A DNA stretch of 38,720 bases from Catajapyx aquilonaris (Eukaryota), in NCBI GenBank assembly GCA_000934665.2, contig KZ538958.1, positions 1-38,720 on the forward strand, read 5' to 3'. Each line of letters opens with the position of its first letter. The first letter of the stretch is position 1. The position numbers and the translations under genes were made by a program. The notes beneath the pieces are model-generated. The model had not been told where the DNA came from and did not search any database. It saw nothing but the letters and a program-made list of their open reading frames with translations. Below are positions 35,028 to 38,720 of this stretch, piece after piece.

Positions 35028-35162
35028 ATGTTGAAGTACTCCAAAGGGATGCATGAGCAGCAACCCAAGTGCTGCTGCTTTTGTGGCAGATCCGAAGACA
35101 ACGAATTGAAGTATGGCCAGTTCTTTGAGAAGGGTGGGATTGTCACCCACTACTATTGTATG
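35028..35162 (+). CDS. G2E3/PHF7-like (pineapple eye-like) extended PHD protein, first coding exon; the rest lies beyond the window
   Basis: MLKYSKGMHEQQPKCCCFCGRSEDNELKYGQFFEKGGIVTHYYCM matches the CxFC...KYG...HYYC pre-PHD zinc knuckle of G2E3/PHF7. Acceptor tttttcag ends at 35012, donor gtaagt at 35163. Confidence 0.82.
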
Positions 35163-35583
35163 GTAAGTGAGGTTGCAGATTTTTCTGCTAAAGGCTGTTT
35201 CACAAACTCAGCATTTCAAGAGTCCACTAGGTCAGATGCCAGTGCTATGCTGCTTCTCGGCCACTGCATGCAGCATTTGTGAATAGCCCCTTGGAAGTTT
35301 TACTTGCCCCACAAGCCCTGCTCCAACAGCGCCAAGTTTGTGAAACAGCCTTAAGTCAATAATGATAAAATATCAAGGGTCTTGTAGTTTTAAAATAGAA
35401 AATGATGTAACAACAGACATGCAGCAAATTCAGATGCCACCTGAATTGCTTAATTCAGGAAAGGACAACAAATCAAGTATTACATTGATATTTACTACAA
35501 GCCCTTTCCTATACCACATGACCAGTATACTGTATGTATGGTACAAATGAATCAGGTTGTCATGTTATTAACTTCTTACCACA

Positions 35584-35884
35584 CAGGGAGGCATGGTGGT
35601 CTAGTGGTTACCCCACTGGCTAGTCAAGCGGGAGGCCGGGGTTCAAATCCTGTCCCGTCACCTCTGCTTGACCGGGTCTTTTTCCGCTTTTCACCCGACA
35701 TGCCGGGGCAGAATTGCACTCCCTATTCTGCCCAGGGCCAGGAGAAAAGGTCTGGTGTATTTTCAGAAAAGTCAGAAATGACTAATTCACAGCGCCCTCC
35801 CTTGGGAACCTCCCCTTCCCCCCTAAAAGGGCTCTACCCTATCACGGGGTACATTAAAAAAATAAAATAATTTTAATAAATATA

Positions 35885-35919
<35 letters not shown>

Positions 35920-35930
35920 AATAAAATAAA
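35584..35930 (+). mobile_element. tRNA-derived SINE family 2, copy 2
   Basis: A/B boxes, (TAAA)n tail, TSD aacttcttaccaca (35570-35583, 35931-35944). Confidence 0.92.
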
Positions 35931-36045
35931 AACTTCTTACCACAAATGCTCCAAGCTGATGTGAAGTGATTATCACACCAACAAGTTACGGTGGCCCAGA
36001 AGGGTCACGACACACACTTACAACACTACACACACACACACTCTT

Positions 36046-36792
36046 GTCTTGACTAAGGCGTGGGGACGGACATTGATCACTTTTCACTGCGAGTGTAAAC
36101 TGATCTAACCTAACCTAACCTGACCTAACCTAACCTAACCTAACCTACCCTACCCAACCTACCGTACCCTAAGTAACCTAGGCTGAGAAAAATGGACTTT
36201 TGTGAAACCCTACAAATGGAAATAGTGGGGACATGTCCCCACTAATTTACACATGTCCCCACTGTAATGGTACACTTCGCGTGTGTGAGACTGTGGGGAC
36301 CGACAAATGTCCCCACAATTGGAACGTCCCCACAGCTACAGTAAAACCACAGACTTCCGTCCCCAGACCTTAGTCAAGACCTGATCACACTTACATCACT
36401 ACACACACACACATGAACTACACACACACACTCTTGTCTTGACTAAGGCGTGGGGACGGACATTGATCACTTTTCACTGCGAGTGTAAACTGATCTAACC
36501 TAACCTAACCTAACCTAACCTAACCTAACCTTACCTTACCTTACCTTACCTAACCTATCCTACCTAACCTACCCTACCCTAAGTAACCTAGGCTGAGAAA
36601 AATGGACTTTTGTGAAAACCTACAAATGAAAATAGTGGGAACATGTCCCCACTAATTTACACATGTCCCCACTGTAATGGTACACTTTGCGTGTGTGAGA
36701 CTGTGGGGACCGACAAATGTCCCCACAATTGGAACTGGTCCCCACAGCTACAGTAAAACCACAGACTTCCGTCCCCAGACCTTAGTCAAGAC
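36046..36792. mobile_element. Two tandem copies (36046-36380, 36436-36792) of a TIR element embedded in (CA)n, with an internal (CCTAA)n array
   Basis: 25-bp TIR gtcttgactaaggcgtggggacgga / tccgtccccagaccttagtcaagac; multiple GTGGGGAC/GTCCCCAC motifs. Copies are nearly identical apart from array length. Confidence 0.8.
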
Positions 36793-36811
36793 CTGATCAC
36801 ACGCATGCACG

Positions 36812-37110
36812 AACTACACACACAAGTAAGGACTACACTTTTAGTTGGACTACACACACAGATAGCGACTACACACACAGACAGCGACTACACACACAGA
36901 CAACGACTACACACACAGATAACGACTACACACACAGACAGCGACTACACACACAGATAGCGACTACACACACAGATAGCGACTACACACACAAGTAACG
37001 GCTACACACACAAGTAACGGCTACACACACAAGTAGCGACTACACTTTTAGTTGGACTACACTTTTAGTTGGACTACACACACAAGTAAGGAACTCAACC
37101 ACAAGTAAGG
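36812..37110. repeat. 19-bp minisatellite (gactacacacacagatagc and variants)
   Basis: Unit starts at 36848, 36867, 36886 and onward; 17-bp variant gactacacttttagttg interspersed. Confidence 0.92.
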
Positions 37111-37521
37111 ATTTCAAACTTCCCGCGGGTATACCCTCTCTGCAAGGGGTACGGCACAATAACGGTATACCAGTATGGTCCGGGGCGGGGCGGCGGCGGC
37201 TCATTTATTGGACCCGAAAGGGATTGTATAGCTGTATTTTCTTCCCGGCATTCCAGGAACCTTACAGAGTGCTTTCATTCAAACCCAAAGTTTCGGGCCA
37301 TATTTGTACTGATTTTACCTACGCAAACTTTTAATTCGGGCGTAAGTGAAAATTGCGTGTTTGCGACGTATCTGTTGGCCTGCGATGGTCGTACAGGTGT
37401 CCTTTCCTAGGTTTTCAGGGACGAGGAACTCAATTATGACATTTACAAAACCCTCAGAGGTCAACAACTTTCGTTGAGCAGGGGTCCGACGTTCGAATAT
37501 TTTTGTACGAGATTCAATGAC

Positions 37522-38460
37522 CATTTCTGGCTTGCCGTCGATACATTCGCGAAGTAATTCGGATTATAAACAGCCGAGATGACAGAGGTGTGCAATTAAC
37601 CCTTAATTGATATCGTGGGGTCCTTTTCGGACCCCAGGGTATACTTATGTCACCACCTTGACGCAGGTTTTTGTCAAAATGAAAATTCCCGCACCTATAT
37701 TCCTGAAATATACTCTTTTCCACCTGAAAAAAATTATGAGCGACGAAAAAAATTTATAAAGGCAGTAGTTACCGACATTGAAACGCTCACTAGTCGTCTT
37801 GGGGTCCAAAAAGGACCCCACGTTACCAGTTAGCGACCAGTTTTTTCCGACCCTAAATAGACACGTCGGCAAATTGATGATGTAGCAAGCATAAAAAATC
37901 GCAGAGGTGTAAAAAAAATTATCCATGTATAGTATTGTAAGGAGACTACCATTACAGCTGCTGGGTCACTAACGTGAGATACGGGTAAACAGTATAAACA
38001 CCGCCTCATCAGTCAACCAAGGGTCAAAGGAGGATATTTTTTTTATATCTGCCACTTATAGTCCTGGCCGAATTTAGGAAGCATTTATATTTTGATTTTT
38101 TTTTGTTAATGTATGTTTGTAATCGAATAAACGACGTGGGGTCCTTTCCAGTTAAGCATGGCTAAATGAGGATTCCAGTTAAGGGTTAACTTAATTATGA
38201 TTACAGAAATGGCGATCTCAATGTTTCAAATATATCGTTAGATAGACAAAGATATGCGCTATCCAGGGTTCACAGGCGCATTTTTTTGTCCTCCTGAAAG
38301 TGTCATTAACAAGTCACTTTGCGGTGTAGGTAACGTCGGCAACTAGTCAAAATATGACACTTTCCCGCCTTCTTTTTACGACAAAAAATTAGAGACTGAC
38401 GATAGGAAAATAACTCGCATATATGTACCGTGGATTTAAACAATACCTTTCTAACAATAC
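37522..38460. repeat. Family C copy (single arm) split by a piggyBac-like MITE
   Basis: 37522-37599 plus 38190-38460 match about 22250-22600. Confidence 0.85.
37600..38185. mobile_element. piggyBac-like MITE family D
   Basis: TTAA TSD at 37596-37599 and 38186-38189; ends cccttaattg / cagttaaggg; ggggtcc-N-ggacccc internal palindromes. Empty site gtgcaattaacttaa near 22320. Confidence 0.88.
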
Positions 38461-38720
38461 ATATAACATACATATACCATTACTTATCGCATATCGCTCC
38501 AGATGTGAAAATGATGTGAATACAAGCAGATGTTTGTCCCAGACCGCGGGTAATTATAACGCATGAAAACCAATAAGCATTGAATAGGAGTAACGACACT
38601 CTTTGCTAAGGTCATAATTGGCTTAATTATTTAAAAATTGCCGTTTGAATGACCCCAAAACCGCAAATTATAGTGTAATTCCAACATTATTTGTATAAAT
38701 AACATCACGCTATTACAGAA

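Noticed and set aside
36104..36180. True telomere
   Set aside because: Short, degenerate, internal to a duplicated TIR element and flanked by ordinary sequence.

Overview
Eukaryotic genomic DNA, most likely an insect (inferred from TTAGG-type repeats, tRNA-derived SINEs and the transposon content; the species cannot be determined). Three spliced protein-coding genes can be reconstructed with frame-consistent GT-AG junctions. (1) The last three coding exons of an RMDN/FAM82-like TPR gene (+). (2) A complete 374-aa HACD3/PTPLAD1-like 3-hydroxyacyl-CoA dehydratase (-, three coding exons). (3) The first coding exon of a G2E3/PHF7-like PHD protein (+), divergent from HACD3. Introns and intergenic DNA are packed with non-autonomous, often nested mobile elements: hAT, piggyBac, Tc1/mariner/pogo, Mutator-like and Chapaev-like MITEs, a Helitron and three tRNA-SINE families. 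Long fold-back palindromes are strikingly frequent. I see no intact transposase and no clear new multi-gene system. The best leads are a Tigger4/MER46-like element (recognised from memory), apparent gene conversion between inverted arms, a CA-microsatellite-associated MITE carrying telomere-like repeats, and a HACD3 exon bracketed by inverted SINEs. All alignments were done by eye, so repeat boundaries without a TSD are approximate.
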